Shown piece after piece: positions 46,482 through 56,289 of a stretch of 64,000 nucleotides of DNA. Each line of letters begins with the position of its first letter. Position 1 is the stretch's first letter. Source of the DNA: Candidatus Latescibacterota bacterium. GTDB lineage: Bacteria; JAAXHH01. The stretch spans positions 268,405 through 332,404 of the forward strand of contig JAJEEG010000006.1 of NCBI GenBank assembly GCA_022821085.1, in the 5' to 3' direction. Below the pieces are notes generated by a model that was given only the letters and a program-made list of their open reading frames with translations, ran no database searches and had not been told where the DNA came from. A program made the position numbers and the translations under genes.

Positions 46482-46747
46482 GGTTGTTCCTGACCTGGTT
46501 ACGGTGTTGGATCAGTCTTTTTTTGGGCAAATGTAACCGGCAAGATACTGATCGGTGAAAAGCGGATCAAGGGTTATCCGGCAGGCGCTGCCCGTTCGTC
46601 CGATGCGTGTCCGGCGCTTCCGTTTATCCGCCTCCAGATTGGCCTTGACGCGGCAGGCTTTCGCGGCACAAATTAACAGTCCGGATCATCATTTCGTTCC
46701 TATATGCACATGAATGATCGGATGGGGATATACCTACGGAGGCGCCC

Positions 46748-47914
46748 GTGCGCATGCTCGTGATCGGCAGCGGCCTGATGGGCCCGGCGGCGGCATACAA
46801 CGCCATGGTGGACGACGCGGTGGAACGGGTCACCGTCTGCGATCTCAGCGAGGAACAACTGGGGACCTGCCGCGCCAGGCTCCAGGGACTGCCGGGGGCG
46901 GACAAGGTCGCCTACCGGAGGCTGGACATGAACGACGCCGCCGAGGCCGTCGCCGTGATGAAGGACCACGGAGCGGGCGTGGCGGCCCTGCCCCGCGCGG
47001 CGAGCATGGCGGCCATCCCCCTGGCCCTCGAGGCGGGGATGCCCTACATGGATCTCACGCGCGTGGCCGACGAGGACCTCGAGACCTGGACGTCCTCCCA
47101 TGCCGGTTCCGGCGGGTTCGTCATCCTGGGATGCGGCCTGGAGCCGGGACTGACCGAGATCATGGCCCGCCACCTGGCCGAACAGCTGGACCGGACCGAC
47201 GAACTGCACATCCAGTGCGGCGGCATTCCGGAGAGGCCGTCGCCGCCCCTGGGGTACAAGATCGTCTTCGGCGGCCGGCGCCTGCCCCTGCGCGAGTCCA
47301 CGGCCCGGGCCGTCGTCGACGGGCGTCTCGTGGACGTGCCGCGTTACTCCGATCCGGAACCCGCGGTCTTCGAAGGCGTGGGGGAATGCGAGGCCTGGCA
47401 CGAGGGTTTCATGCCCTGGCTCCTGGAGGTGGACGCCCTCAAGGGACTGCGCGCCGGGACGCAGAAGACCGTCCGCTGGCCGGGCTATTCCGAAAAGGTC
47501 ACCGTGCTGCGGGAACTCGGCCTGCTCAGCGAGGCGCCCGTGGACGTGGACGGCGTTTCCATTATACCGAAACACGTGGTGGACGCCGTGCTCTACCCCA
47601 GCGTGAAGATGGCGCCGGAGGAACGGGACATCACGGCCTACCGCGTCACGGTGATCGGCGAAAAGGACGGTCGGCCGGCCACGAGATCGGCCGAGATGGT
47701 CGATCGGTACGACGAAAGTACGGGGTTCACTTCCATGGCGCGCACCACGGCATTTACCGCGGCCATCGCCGCGCGCATGGCGGCCCGGGGCGACCTGCCC
47801 CATCCCGGCTCGCTTTTCATTACCCCCGAACAGGCGATCTATGGGGACCGGTACCAAATGCTGATCGAAGAGCTCGGCCGGATGGGCGTCCGCTTCACGA
47901 TTACCGGAGACTGA
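46748..47914 (+). CDS. saccharopine dehydrogenase NADP-binding family oxidoreductase
   Basis: MLVIGSGLMGPAAAYN Rossmann motif and Sacchrp_dh-like length. Confidence 0.75.
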   Translation: MRMLVIGSGLMGPAAAYNAMVDDAVERVTVCDLSEEQLGTCRARLQGLPGADKVAYRRLDMNDAAEAVAVMKDHGAGVAALPRAASMAAIPLALEAGMPYMDLTRVADEDLETWTSSHAGSGGFVILGCGLEPGLTEIMARHLAEQLDRTDELHIQCGGIPERPSPPLGYKIVFGGRRLPLRESTARAVVDGRLVDVPRYSDPEPAVFEGVGECEAWHEGFMPWLLEVDALKGLRAGTQKTVRWPGYSEKVTVLRELGLLSEAPVDVDGVSIIPKHVVDAVLYPSVKMAPEERDITAYRVTVIGEKDGRPATRSAEMVDRYDESTGFTSMARTTAFTAAIAARMAARGDLPHPGSLFITPEQAIYGDRYQMLIEELGRMGVRFTITGD

Positions 47915-47950
47915 GTGGCCGGAGACTGAGTGGCCGGAGACTGAGACGGC
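47905..47950. repeat. 15-bp tandem repeat (ccggagactgagtgg x~3) spanning the stop codon of 46748..47914
   Basis: Two perfect units and one partial unit. Confidence 0.8.
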
Positions 47951-47978
47951 CCTGTCCGTGTCCGCGGCAGGAGGAACA

Positions 47979-48815
47979 GTGGCGAAAAAAACCATAGACA
48001 AGCAACCGGCGGCCACCGTGAAGAAGAATAAGAAGAAGAAACTGAGCCGCAAGGCCTACGAGGCGGAACTGGCCCGCCTGCAGGTCGAACTGTCCAAGCT
48101 CCAGGAATGGGTGGTCGACCAGGGCGAGAAAGTGGTGGTCATCTTCGAAGGGCGCGACGCGGCCGGCAAGGGCGGCACCATCGCCCGCATCACCGCGCGG
48201 CTCAATTCCCGCGTCTGCCGCGTGGCCGCGCTGGCCAAGCCGACAGAACGGGAACAGTCGCAGTGGTACTTCCAGCGGTACGTCGCGCACCTGCCTTCGG
48301 CCGGCGAAATCGTCCTCTTCGACCGGAGCTGGTACAACCGGGCCGGCGTCGACCGGGTAATGGGGTTCTGCTCAGAGGAGGAATACCGCGAGTTCCTTCG
48401 GACCTGCCCCCAGTTCGAGCGCATGCTCGTGCGGTCCGGCATCAGGCTGATCAAGTACTGGTTCTCGGTGAGCGCGAAGGAACAGGAACGGAGGTTCAGG
48501 AACCGGATCAAGGATCCCCTGAAGAGCTGGAAGTTCAGCGAAATGGACCTGCAGTCCTACATGAAATGGGACGAATACTCGCACGCCAAGGACGACATGA
48601 TGAATTACACGGACAGCAACCAGGCGCCCTGGTTCGTCGTGCCGTCGGACAGCAAGCGCCGCGCCCGGCTGAACTGCATCAACCACCTGCTCAGCCACTT
48701 CCCCTATGACAAGGATCCCCCTACGTCCGGCATCGAGTTGCCCGACCGGGACACCGACTCAGGCTACGTCCGTCCCCCCATGGACGACCAGCGATTCATC
48801 CCCGAAATATACTGA
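47979..48815 (+). CDS. ppk2: polyphosphate kinase 2 (PPK2) family
   Basis: Walker-A-like FEGRDAAGKGGTI and PPK2 lid region. GTG at 47979 has aggagg at 5-nt spacing (the track start at 47958 is also GTG). Confidence 0.8.
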   Translation: MAKKTIDKQPAATVKKNKKKKLSRKAYEAELARLQVELSKLQEWVVDQGEKVVVIFEGRDAAGKGGTIARITARLNSRVCRVAALAKPTEREQSQWYFQRYVAHLPSAGEIVLFDRSWYNRAGVDRVMGFCSEEEYREFLRTCPQFERMLVRSGIRLIKYWFSVSAKEQERRFRNRIKDPLKSWKFSEMDLQSYMKWDEYSHAKDDMMNYTDSNQAPWFVVPSDSKRRARLNCINHLLSHFPYDKDPPTSGIELPDRDTDSGYVRPPMDDQRFIPEIY

Positions 48816-48875
48816 AGTACCGGCCGCCGCCACGCGGTAAGCCGGCGATTCAAGGGGACGGCCCCGCCGGCACCC

Positions 48876-50678
48876 CTACCTGATGATCTCGCCCAGTATG
48901 CGCCCGTCGCGGTTCGACGGCAGGGTGATCCGCAGCAGATTGCAGATCGTCGGCGTGATATCGGCCGCGTCGATGGAGTGACGGTAGTGGCCGGGTGCGA
49001 TCCACGGACCGTGGAACATGACCGGTATGTGCGTATCGTAGTCGTGGGGCCATCCGTGGGAAGTGCCCACCGTGGCCGACCCGTACTCGCCCAGCAGGAG
49101 GTAGAAGGGCGTGGCGATGAGCATGATGTCGCCGCTGTTTTCGGTATGGAAGCTGTGATAGACCGTCTTCGTGAGGTTCGATTCCGGCAACAGCTTCCGT
49201 TCGATGCGGTGGCGCGTATAGGCCCGCAATACGGCCGGATGGGTCACGACGGCGGCGGCCGCCGTCTCTTCCACCTCTGCCCGGCTCAGGCCGCGGCTGT
49301 CGATGGCCTCCCAGTTCAGGTACACGCCCGATTCCGCCACGTGCAGGACCCAGTCGTCTTCCCCGTGCAGCCCGTCCAGGGCCTCCTCTATCAGGGCCGT
49401 CAGCGGCTCGGGACCGGCCCGTCCGGCCTCCAGGCCCCTGAGCGCGAGCTGCTCCGGCAATTCCATGGCGCCGTGGTCGGCCGTCAGGGCCAGGAGGGTG
49501 TGGTCGCGCCCGACCCGCTCGTCGAGGAAGGCGAAGAAATCCGCAAGTTGCCGGTCCGTACGCAAGGTGGCGTCCATGGATTCCTGGCTGAAGGGCCCGA
49601 AATCGTGGCCGATGTAGTCATTGGCCGAGAGACAGATGACCAGGACGTCCGGGATGTCGTCCTGACCCAGTTCTTCCTCGATGATCGCCTGCCGGGCGAA
49701 TTCCAGCTGGTAGTCTGTGGACCAGGGCGTGTGCTTGAAGGCGTTCCAGTACCGGGGCCCCGGCTCCTCCAGGCCGCCTTTCGTCACGTGGGGGAAGACG
49801 ATCCCGCTGTTCCGGTTGTCCTCCTCGCCCTCGCGGACGTCTTCGCCTGCCCGTTCAAGGTAGAGTTCCTCCGGCAGCAGGCGTTCCCATGTGCGGCCGA
49901 AGGACTGGTCCGGGATTTTCCGCTCGTTGAAGCGCTTGACCCAGTCGGGCACGTCGTCCATGAAGAAACTGCTCGACGTGATCCGGCCCAGGGACGCCTC
50001 GAACCAGTATGGCGCCCCCAGTTTCCCGGCGGAGATCATGGCGCTGTAGTCCTTGAGCGATATCGTGATGGCCTTGCCCCGGTAGCGTGTGGCCATGCGC
50101 AGTTCGTCCGCCAGGGAAGAGCCAACCAGTTCCCGCGTGGATGCGCGGCCGGTCGCGGTGGGCCACAATCCGAGGATGTGGCTGTCCGGATCCACCAGCG
50201 ACGGCCGAAACACCCCCGTGGACCGGCTGTACCACGCGTTGTTGACCATCCCCGTCTTGTGGGCGTAGGTGCCAGAGGTGACCACGCTGTGGCCCGGTGA
50301 AGTGGAGGCATGCACATGCGTGAAACGGGCGTCCTGCATCCACGCGCCGCGGTCCATGAACCGGCGGAATCCGTCCTCCACGAAGAGGTCGTCGAACCGC
50401 TGCAGGTAGTCGTGGCGGAACTGGTCGATGATGATCAGCACCGCGAGCCGGGGCGGGTCGGTCGGCGCGGGCTCCGACGACATCTGATCGGCCGGGTCGG
50501 CCTGCGCGGGTTCCGACGGCGGTGCAGACGGGGTGGCCCGCGCGGGCGATTCGGACGGTCCGGGCGGTCCGGCTGCTTCCTGGAGAACCGGTTCGCCGGT
50601 GTGCGCCGCTGAAGCAGGCGTAATGATCAAAAGCAACGACAGGATCAAACCCGTCCTGGTGAGTCCGGATATGGACAT
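48876..50678 (-). CDS. alkaline phosphatase superfamily protein (PafA / nucleotide pyrophosphatase-phosphodiesterase-like)
   Basis: Signal peptide and Pro-rich linker. VLIIIDQFRHDYL metal-site motif. HDFGP...TADHG. Confidence 0.7.
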   Translation of the reverse strand: MSISGLTRTGLILSLLLIITPASAAHTGEPVLQEAAGPPGPSESPARATPSAPPSEPAQADPADQMSSEPAPTDPPRLAVLIIIDQFRHDYLQRFDDLFVEDGFRRFMDRGAWMQDARFTHVHASTSPGHSVVTSGTYAHKTGMVNNAWYSRSTGVFRPSLVDPDSHILGLWPTATGRASTRELVGSSLADELRMATRYRGKAITISLKDYSAMISAGKLGAPYWFEASLGRITSSSFFMDDVPDWVKRFNERKIPDQSFGRTWERLLPEELYLERAGEDVREGEEDNRNSGIVFPHVTKGGLEEPGPRYWNAFKHTPWSTDYQLEFARQAIIEEELGQDDIPDVLVICLSANDYIGHDFGPFSQESMDATLRTDRQLADFFAFLDERVGRDHTLLALTADHGAMELPEQLALRGLEAGRAGPEPLTALIEEALDGLHGEDDWVLHVAESGVYLNWEAIDSRGLSRAEVEETAAAAVVTHPAVLRAYTRHRIERKLLPESNLTKTVYHSFHTENSGDIMLIATPFYLLLGEYGSATVGTSHGWPHDYDTHIPVMFHGPWIAPGHYRHSIDAADITPTICNLLRITLPSNRDGRILGEIIR

Positions 50679-50938
50679 GATCGGCCCTTTCAGAGTTCGG
50701 ATGTGTTACAGTAGTTTTTTTGTTACGAGGTTACAGCGGACGCAAATGACTAACACTTTTAACAGGGGTGCTTAGCGCTATTGCCGGTTCCGGGTCCCGT
50801 TCGACGCATTTGCCGTCGCCTTCATGGCCACGCTCAGGGTCGTTCATGACGGCCCGTCAGCAGGCTGATTTTAAGATAGTGAACTATAGAGCGTTGTCAA
50901 CGACGCGCCGTTAGCTGGAAAGGGGGCTGTAGAGACAA

Positions 50939-51268
50939 ATGACGGAATTCATGGTGGTTACCCAGGTGATCTGCGCGGCGGGAGTCTTGTTGCTCGGCAT
51001 AGTGACCTTAACGGGACGGATCACGAAGTCTCTGCGCGAGGAGATGCGCGCGGACCGGGAGACCATCCGCGAAGAGATGAGACAAGACCGTGAGAATGTC
51101 TTTGGTGAGATCAAATCACTTCGTGAGGAGATGCGTGCGGACCGGGAAGTCATCTTCGGTGAGATCAAATCGCTTCGTAGGGAGATGCACGACATGAACG
51201 GCCGGCTGGGCCGAGTAGAAGGTCATATGAGAATCTCTGGATCGAACAGTTCAAAGGAGTTGCAATGA
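50939..51268 (+). CDS. small N-terminal-TM protein with 11-residue repeats and MHDMNGRLGRVEG motif (paralog family)
   Basis: 109 aa. TM (VVTQVICAAGVLLLGIVTL). Repeats LREEMRADRE...FGEIKSLREEMRADRE. Confidence 0.65.
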   Translation: MTEFMVVTQVICAAGVLLLGIVTLTGRITKSLREEMRADRETIREEMRQDRENVFGEIKSLREEMRADREVIFGEIKSLRREMHDMNGRLGRVEGHMRISGSNSSKELQ

Positions 51269-51296
51269 CCAAAATAATGGAAGTTTCACTGCTCAT

Positions 51297-52604
51297 TCAG
51301 GCGGATTCCGTATCCCGTTGCCTGATTCGGTGAAGCAGGGCGACGAGGTGATCACGAAACACGGCGCCCGCATCGGGTTCGAAGGGCAGATGGCGGCAGA
51401 TCCGTGGCGCGAACACCGCGGCGTACCAGCCGAATCCTTCCTGGTCGAAATCCTGCGGCCGCGCCAGGTAGCCGACGGTCTCGTTGGCGTACCCGATAAC
51501 CATGGTGTGCGGGTAAGGAGAGGCCGACTGGATCTGCTTTCCGTAGGTCAGGAACAACTCCAGCGGATGGGCGAGGAACACGGCATCGTTGATGCGCATC
51601 CACGAAACGCGGAATTCCAGCCGCTGCGGATGGGGGCCGTCGAGCAGGCCGAGACGGTGCGCGCGCCAGTCCACCTCGAAGCGCGGTTTGCGCAGGTCTG
51701 CGGGGTCCGCATCACTGCCTGAAGCCTCGAGACGGTCGCGGCAGTCGGCCAGTTCCGCTGCCAGCGCCGCCCGGTCCGGGACTTCCGTGGGCAGCGCGAC
51801 CTCGTAGGTGTCGCCGTCCAGGTCCACATCGGCGGTCGTCTCGATTTCGTCCAGGGCCGGCAAAGCGTGCTCGCGGAGGAGCGAACCGTTCGCTTTCATC
51901 ATATCCATGCCATCGCCGAATCCCCGGCAGTTCAGGTCGCCGCAGCTGCCCTGGAGGAATAGCACACGCAGGCCTTGCCGCTCTGCCTCCATCTTCCCGA
52001 TGGCATCGGCCGGGTAGTCGCCGCAGATTACGGTGTCGGCGCCGAGCGTAACGGGGTGGGCGCCGAAATTGATCGCGGCGGCGCGCATCCGGCCGCGGGT
52101 ATCGTCGATGCGCATCAGCAGCGCTTCCGCGTCGGCTTCCCCGCCCTCGTCGACCCGGTTGACCGAGAGCTCCGGCACGGGCGTTCTCCCGAACCCGATG
52201 CGCCCGGGTTCCAGGTTCGACAAGGCCTGGCCGATGGCGTCGGCGAATAGCGCCGGCAACCCCGCCGTGTAGTCCTCGTCCCATTCTCCCCAGGCCACGG
52301 TCTTCATGGTGGCCGGGCCGGAATGGGTATGGGTGTTGGTGATGACCACGCGGGCCGGTTCGAGTCCGTACCGGTCGCGGACGATGCGGTGGGTCTCGTC
52401 GACCAGGGAGCGGTCCGTCCACACCAGGTCGTTCGACACCCAAACGAAGATCCGGTCGCCGTCCGAAAGGGCCAGGGCCGTGCAATGGAGGTCCTGGTGT
52501 ACCGCGGTGGACCGGCGCTCGAGGTAGGGACCGTATCCGCAGAGTTCGATCCCCACGGGCGGCGTGATGAGGGTTCTGCCGGTGCCGAAATGCAGCTGGG
52601 CCAT
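51297..52604 (-). CDS. neutral/alkaline ceramidase-like hydrolase
   Basis: N-terminal GRTLITPPVGIELCGYG resembles the ceramidase N-terminus. 435 aa. Confidence 0.55.
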   Translation of the reverse strand: MAQLHFGTGRTLITPPVGIELCGYGPYLERRSTAVHQDLHCTALALSDGDRIFVWVSNDLVWTDRSLVDETHRIVRDRYGLEPARVVITNTHTHSGPATMKTVAWGEWDEDYTAGLPALFADAIGQALSNLEPGRIGFGRTPVPELSVNRVDEGGEADAEALLMRIDDTRGRMRAAAINFGAHPVTLGADTVICGDYPADAIGKMEAERQGLRVLFLQGSCGDLNCRGFGDGMDMMKANGSLLREHALPALDEIETTADVDLDGDTYEVALPTEVPDRAALAAELADCRDRLEASGSDADPADLRKPRFEVDWRAHRLGLLDGPHPQRLEFRVSWMRINDAVFLAHPLELFLTYGKQIQSASPYPHTMVIGYANETVGYLARPQDFDQEGFGWYAAVFAPRICRHLPFEPDAGAVFRDHLVALLHRIRQRDTESA

Positions 52605-52622
52605 GGTCGTGATTATGCCGAG

Positions 52623-53645
52623 TTAGTCCGAAAACCGCACGGTTTTCCCCGTCTTCACCGATTCGGCCTCTCCGTGGCAGATCCGCAGGGCGTCGCGGGC
52701 CGCGCCGGCCGATACCAGGACGGGCTCCGTGCCGTTTTCCAGGGCGTCGACGGCATATCCCAACTGGGCCTCGAAGGCCTCGGGAAAGTCGATTTCCGGT
52801 TCGGTTCTGCCGCCGTCGGGCGTGTAGAGCGTGACCGGCCGTTCGGACAGCACGTTGTACCAGAGCGTGCCTTCCTCGAAATAGGCGTCGTATCCGTGCT
52901 CGAAGGCGGCCGAGCTGATGGCCCCGCACTGGGACGAGACGGTGATGTCCCGGCCCTCGTATCCGTACTGCGTGTTCAGGTAGAGCACGTAGCCGTTCGG
53001 ACTCGTCTTGCCGTCGGCGTGCACGCTGTCCGGCATGCCGAAGAGATAGCGCAGGTAGTCGGTGTCGTGTATGTGCAGGTCGATGCCCGCCGCGCCCGTG
53101 CGCTCGTAGTCTCCGAACCAGTTGCCTTCCCCCCAGAGGGGTTTGGAGATGACCCGCTTGAGGTGCAGTCCCAGCAGGCGGCCGTAGCGGCCGTCGTCGA
53201 TGGCGGCCTTGAGGAAGGCGAATTCGGGAAAGAACTTCAGCACGTGGGCGACCATCAGGGTCCGGCCGGCTTCCCCGGCCCGGGCGATCATGCGGTCCGC
53301 CTCGTCCAGTCCGAGGGCGATGGGCTTCTCGACGAGGACGTGCTTTCCGGCGTCCAGCGCGCGCAGGACGACGTCGTGGTGCAGGGCCGTGGGCAGGCAC
53401 ACGTCGACCAGGTCGATTTCCGGGTCGCCCAGCACCTCGTCGATATCGGTACAGGTGCGGATGCTGGTGAGGTCCTGCACGCCGCCGCCGCCCCCGAAGT
53501 TGCCCTGGATATGCCGCCAGTCGCCGCTCAGCTTTCGCTCGTCCCGCGTGCAGATGGCCCCCACCTCCGCGTTAGCCAGATGCTTGATCGCCATGAAGTG
53601 GGTCGTCCCCATGAACCCGATGCCCAGGATGCCGATGCGTATCAA
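52623..53645 (-). CDS. Gfo/Idh/MocA family oxidoreductase
   Basis: MIRIGILGIGFMG Rossmann N-terminus. EKP motif (VLVEKPIAL). Confidence 0.85.
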   Translation of the reverse strand: MIRIGILGIGFMGTTHFMAIKHLANAEVGAICTRDERKLSGDWRHIQGNFGGGGGVQDLTSIRTCTDIDEVLGDPEIDLVDVCLPTALHHDVVLRALDAGKHVLVEKPIALGLDEADRMIARAGEAGRTLMVAHVLKFFPEFAFLKAAIDDGRYGRLLGLHLKRVISKPLWGEGNWFGDYERTGAAGIDLHIHDTDYLRYLFGMPDSVHADGKTSPNGYVLYLNTQYGYEGRDITVSSQCGAISSAAFEHGYDAYFEEGTLWYNVLSERPVTLYTPDGGRTEPEIDFPEAFEAQLGYAVDALENGTEPVLVSAGAARDALRICHGEAESVKTGKTVRFSD

Positions 53646-53745
53646 TGCAGATCCTCCTCTGTTTCGCGCCGGAGCTTCGCAGGTATCCGGCGGTCCGTCC
53701 GGCTTCCGGCGCCCGGACCACTTCGCGCGCTCGATCCGCCGCGCT

Positions 53746-54591
53746 TCAGTCCGCCGCGGACGGCGTGAACAACCGCTGGCCGTACTTCCGGTATCCGCCG
53801 ATGATGGCCTGGGCTTCCGGCGAGGTCACATAGTCGATGAACGCGCGCGCCTGCCCGTACTTGACGTGGGGCCAGCGTTCGGGGTTGACGGCGATGATGC
53901 TGTAGGGGTTGTGCAGCGGGGGATCGTACTCCACCAGGACCCGCAGGTTCACCGTTTCCCGCAGGGCCAGATAGGTGCCCCGGTCAATCAGCACGTAACC
54001 CCGCTTCTCGTCCGCCATCCGCAGCGTGGCCGCCATGCCCTGGCCCACTTCCACGTACCAACTCCCCGCGGGGTCGATCCCGGAAAGGTCCCAGATCGCC
54101 CGTTCCTTCAGGTGGGTACCGGACAGGTCGCCCCGCGAGAAGAACAACGCTTCCTTTCGCGCGATGGTGGCGAAGGCGTCGGCGACCCGCTCCGTTCCGG
54201 CGATCCCCGCCTGGTCGGCAGCCGGTCCGACGACGACGAAATCGTTGTACATGACGCCCCGGCGGTCCACCCCGAAGCCGGCGGCCACGAAGGCTTCTTC
54301 CAGCTCCGGCGCGTGTACGAGGACCGCGTCCACGTCCCCGTTCTCGGCCAGCTTCAGCGCCTTGCCCGTACCCACGGCGATGACGTCCACCCGGATCCCG
54401 TCCGTCCGGTTCTCCTCGAAGGGCGGCAGGAGGATGTCCAGCAGGCCGGAGTCGTAGGTGCTGGTGGTGGTAGCGAGTTTCAGGCGCGGTTGCGCTTCGG
54501 CGGCAGATGAGGCGGCGAGAACCGATGCGGTAGACGCGACAAATGCGATCAGCGCGATGGGAAGCAGGTCGAAAAGCTGGCGGAGGCGCAT
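53746..54591 (-). CDS. tungstate/molybdate-type ABC substrate-binding protein (TupA/PBP-like)
   Basis: Signal peptide. TTSTYDSGLL...VIAVGTGKAL and C-terminal PBP fold. Confidence 0.65.
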   Translation of the reverse strand: MRLRQLFDLLPIALIAFVASTASVLAASSAAEAQPRLKLATTTSTYDSGLLDILLPPFEENRTDGIRVDVIAVGTGKALKLAENGDVDAVLVHAPELEEAFVAAGFGVDRRGVMYNDFVVVGPAADQAGIAGTERVADAFATIARKEALFFSRGDLSGTHLKERAIWDLSGIDPAGSWYVEVGQGMAATLRMADEKRGYVLIDRGTYLALRETVNLRVLVEYDPPLHNPYSIIAVNPERWPHVKYGQARAFIDYVTSPEAQAIIGGYRKYGQRLFTPSAAD

Positions 54592-54647
54592 GCTGTGGAC
54601 CGATCAGTGGGCGGTACTTCGCGGGCGGTGCTGCGCGGGCGGACCCG

Positions 54648-55787
54648 TCAGTTGAGCCGGAGCATGAACATCACGCGAAGCCGCGTTCGCCAGGCGTTGT
54701 TGGCCGCGGGGGACACGAGTGTTTCGGGGGAATCGTACTTTCGGGTATACACGTGGGTATAGACCGTCAACTTCTCGATGAGATGATGGGCGAAAAAGAG
54801 GGCGGCGCCCTTCGTATTGGTCTGCGTGTAGTCGATGTTGCTGAACGGCGCCAGCGTGGCGTCCTGCTGCATGAGGAAAGCCTGGACCCCGGCCTGGGTG
54901 TCGCCGACCTTACCCGTGCCGCCGTACATCAACGAACCCGTGATACCGTGGCGCATGTCGTCGGCCCCGGTGTTGAATACGTAGTCGGCGTTCAGCGCCA
55001 GCGGCCGTCCGTTCACGGTCTGGGTGTACTGGCCGCTTAAGTTGATCATCCGGAATTTAGACAGGTAACCGGTGCGGTCCGCGTTGGGCCGGTTGGAATT
55101 CGCCGCGACGATCGGCGCGGGGGACCTGAGGTTTTGCGCGGCGAAGAGGGAATCCGCGCCTCCCACGGTATAAATGGCGGCTGCCAGCGTCTGCGACCTG
55201 CCCGGCTGGTCGAAACGGACCACGAACTGTCCGCCCAGGAAATAGGTGCGGTCGAGGTCCTTCACCGGCGAGGCCAGTTGGTTGATCATGAACTGGCCGA
55301 AATTCATGCCGAAGGTCGTGGAGCCGTCAGCGCTCTTCGTGGTGATCTGCTGGGCCAGTCCCTCCGGCGAGAGATCGCTGTCCAGGACGACCTGGGTCGG
55401 ACGGAAGAAGGGCAGGGGGAACTTGCCCGCGGTCAGGGTGAGCGTGGGATTGAGCCGGATGCGCGCGTACATCCAGGAGATATGGGGGTTTTCGCGTACG
55501 AACAGGTCGCCGTAACCCATCCAGTCGGCCACGGTGATGGCCTTGGGATTGCCCGTCATGACCTTGCCGGTTACGTCGATGCGGTCCGACACACGCAACG
55601 TGGCATTCAGGAAGGCCCCGTACATGAAACGATTGACCGCGCGGCTGCCGTCCTGGTAGTCGCCCTGCAGCCGCGACCTGATCATGCCGTTCCAGGTGAA
55701 ACGGCCATCTTCCTGGCCTGCCGCGGGAGCGGTGTTGAAGAGCACGGCAATCGTGCTGGCACACAACAGGATGTATCTGGTCCGCAT
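54648..55787 (-). CDS. putative porin-like outer-membrane protein
   Basis: ATG at 55787 gives the signal peptide MRTRYILLCASTIAVLFNTAPAAGQ. Beta-rich sequence with a C-terminal aromatic residue (FMLRLN is weak). The longer N-terminal extension from the 56003 start is not supported. Confidence 0.45.
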   Translation of the reverse strand: MRTRYILLCASTIAVLFNTAPAAGQEDGRFTWNGMIRSRLQGDYQDGSRAVNRFMYGAFLNATLRVSDRIDVTGKVMTGNPKAITVADWMGYGDLFVRENPHISWMYARIRLNPTLTLTAGKFPLPFFRPTQVVLDSDLSPEGLAQQITTKSADGSTTFGMNFGQFMINQLASPVKDLDRTYFLGGQFVVRFDQPGRSQTLAAAIYTVGGADSLFAAQNLRSPAPIVAANSNRPNADRTGYLSKFRMINLSGQYTQTVNGRPLALNADYVFNTGADDMRHGITGSLMYGGTGKVGDTQAGVQAFLMQQDATLAPFSNIDYTQTNTKGAALFFAHHLIEKLTVYTHVYTRKYDSPETLVSPAANNAWRTRLRVMFMLRLN

Positions 55788-56190
55788 GGGCCGATTTCCC
55801 CGGTGTACTGGTCTCATCCGGTTCCCCGCGTTGCGGGCCGGCTTATTCAACATACACTGGAAACGATCCAATTTGACGATGTCGGTTCCTGACCAAGCCA
55901 TTTTAAGATCGTCGTATAATCGTGTCAAGGTTAATCTAAGGTACTCGGCCTGCGCCGGACTGGACGGATTCCCTCGTTTTCGATCCGGTCCGGCAGTAAT
56001 CAAAAAGTCGGGGATAGTTCGGCCCGCGGCATAATGTTAGAAGAAAGCCGGCCGGTTGAATGTATCCAAATTGTATACACGAATCCGCCCGGTGCCTTGC
56101 CTGGTTTCGAGTCCCGTTTCGGTGACTTTAAGGGTTGTCAGGACACCCCCGGGCGCGTATATTCGACATCGTAATCGAACCGGCTCATCC

Positions 56191-56226
56191 ACGTACATGC
56201 TATACGTACATGCTATACGTACATGC
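56191..56226. repeat. 13-bp tandem repeat (acgtacatgctat x2.6)
   Basis: Direct repeats in the intergenic region upstream of the Tat-signal aminotransferase. Confidence 0.8.
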
Positions 56227-56289
56227 GGGTGGGTCGGATTCGACCGCCGCCGCTACGCGGCCGCGTTCACACACACAGGGAGAACTTTC

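Noticed and set aside
44061-46493. 810-aa plus-strand ORF opposite the M14 carboxypeptidase gene
   Set aside because: Low-complexity, Arg/Gly/Val-rich translation with no domain signature. The minus-strand ORF carries the HGNE zinc motif and a signal peptide.
51712-53400. 562-aa minus-strand ORF spanning the ceramidase-like and Gfo/Idh/MocA genes in a different frame
   Set aside because: Arg/Pro/Gly-rich nonsense typical of off-frame translation of GC-rich DNA. The two in-frame genes have recognisable family motifs.
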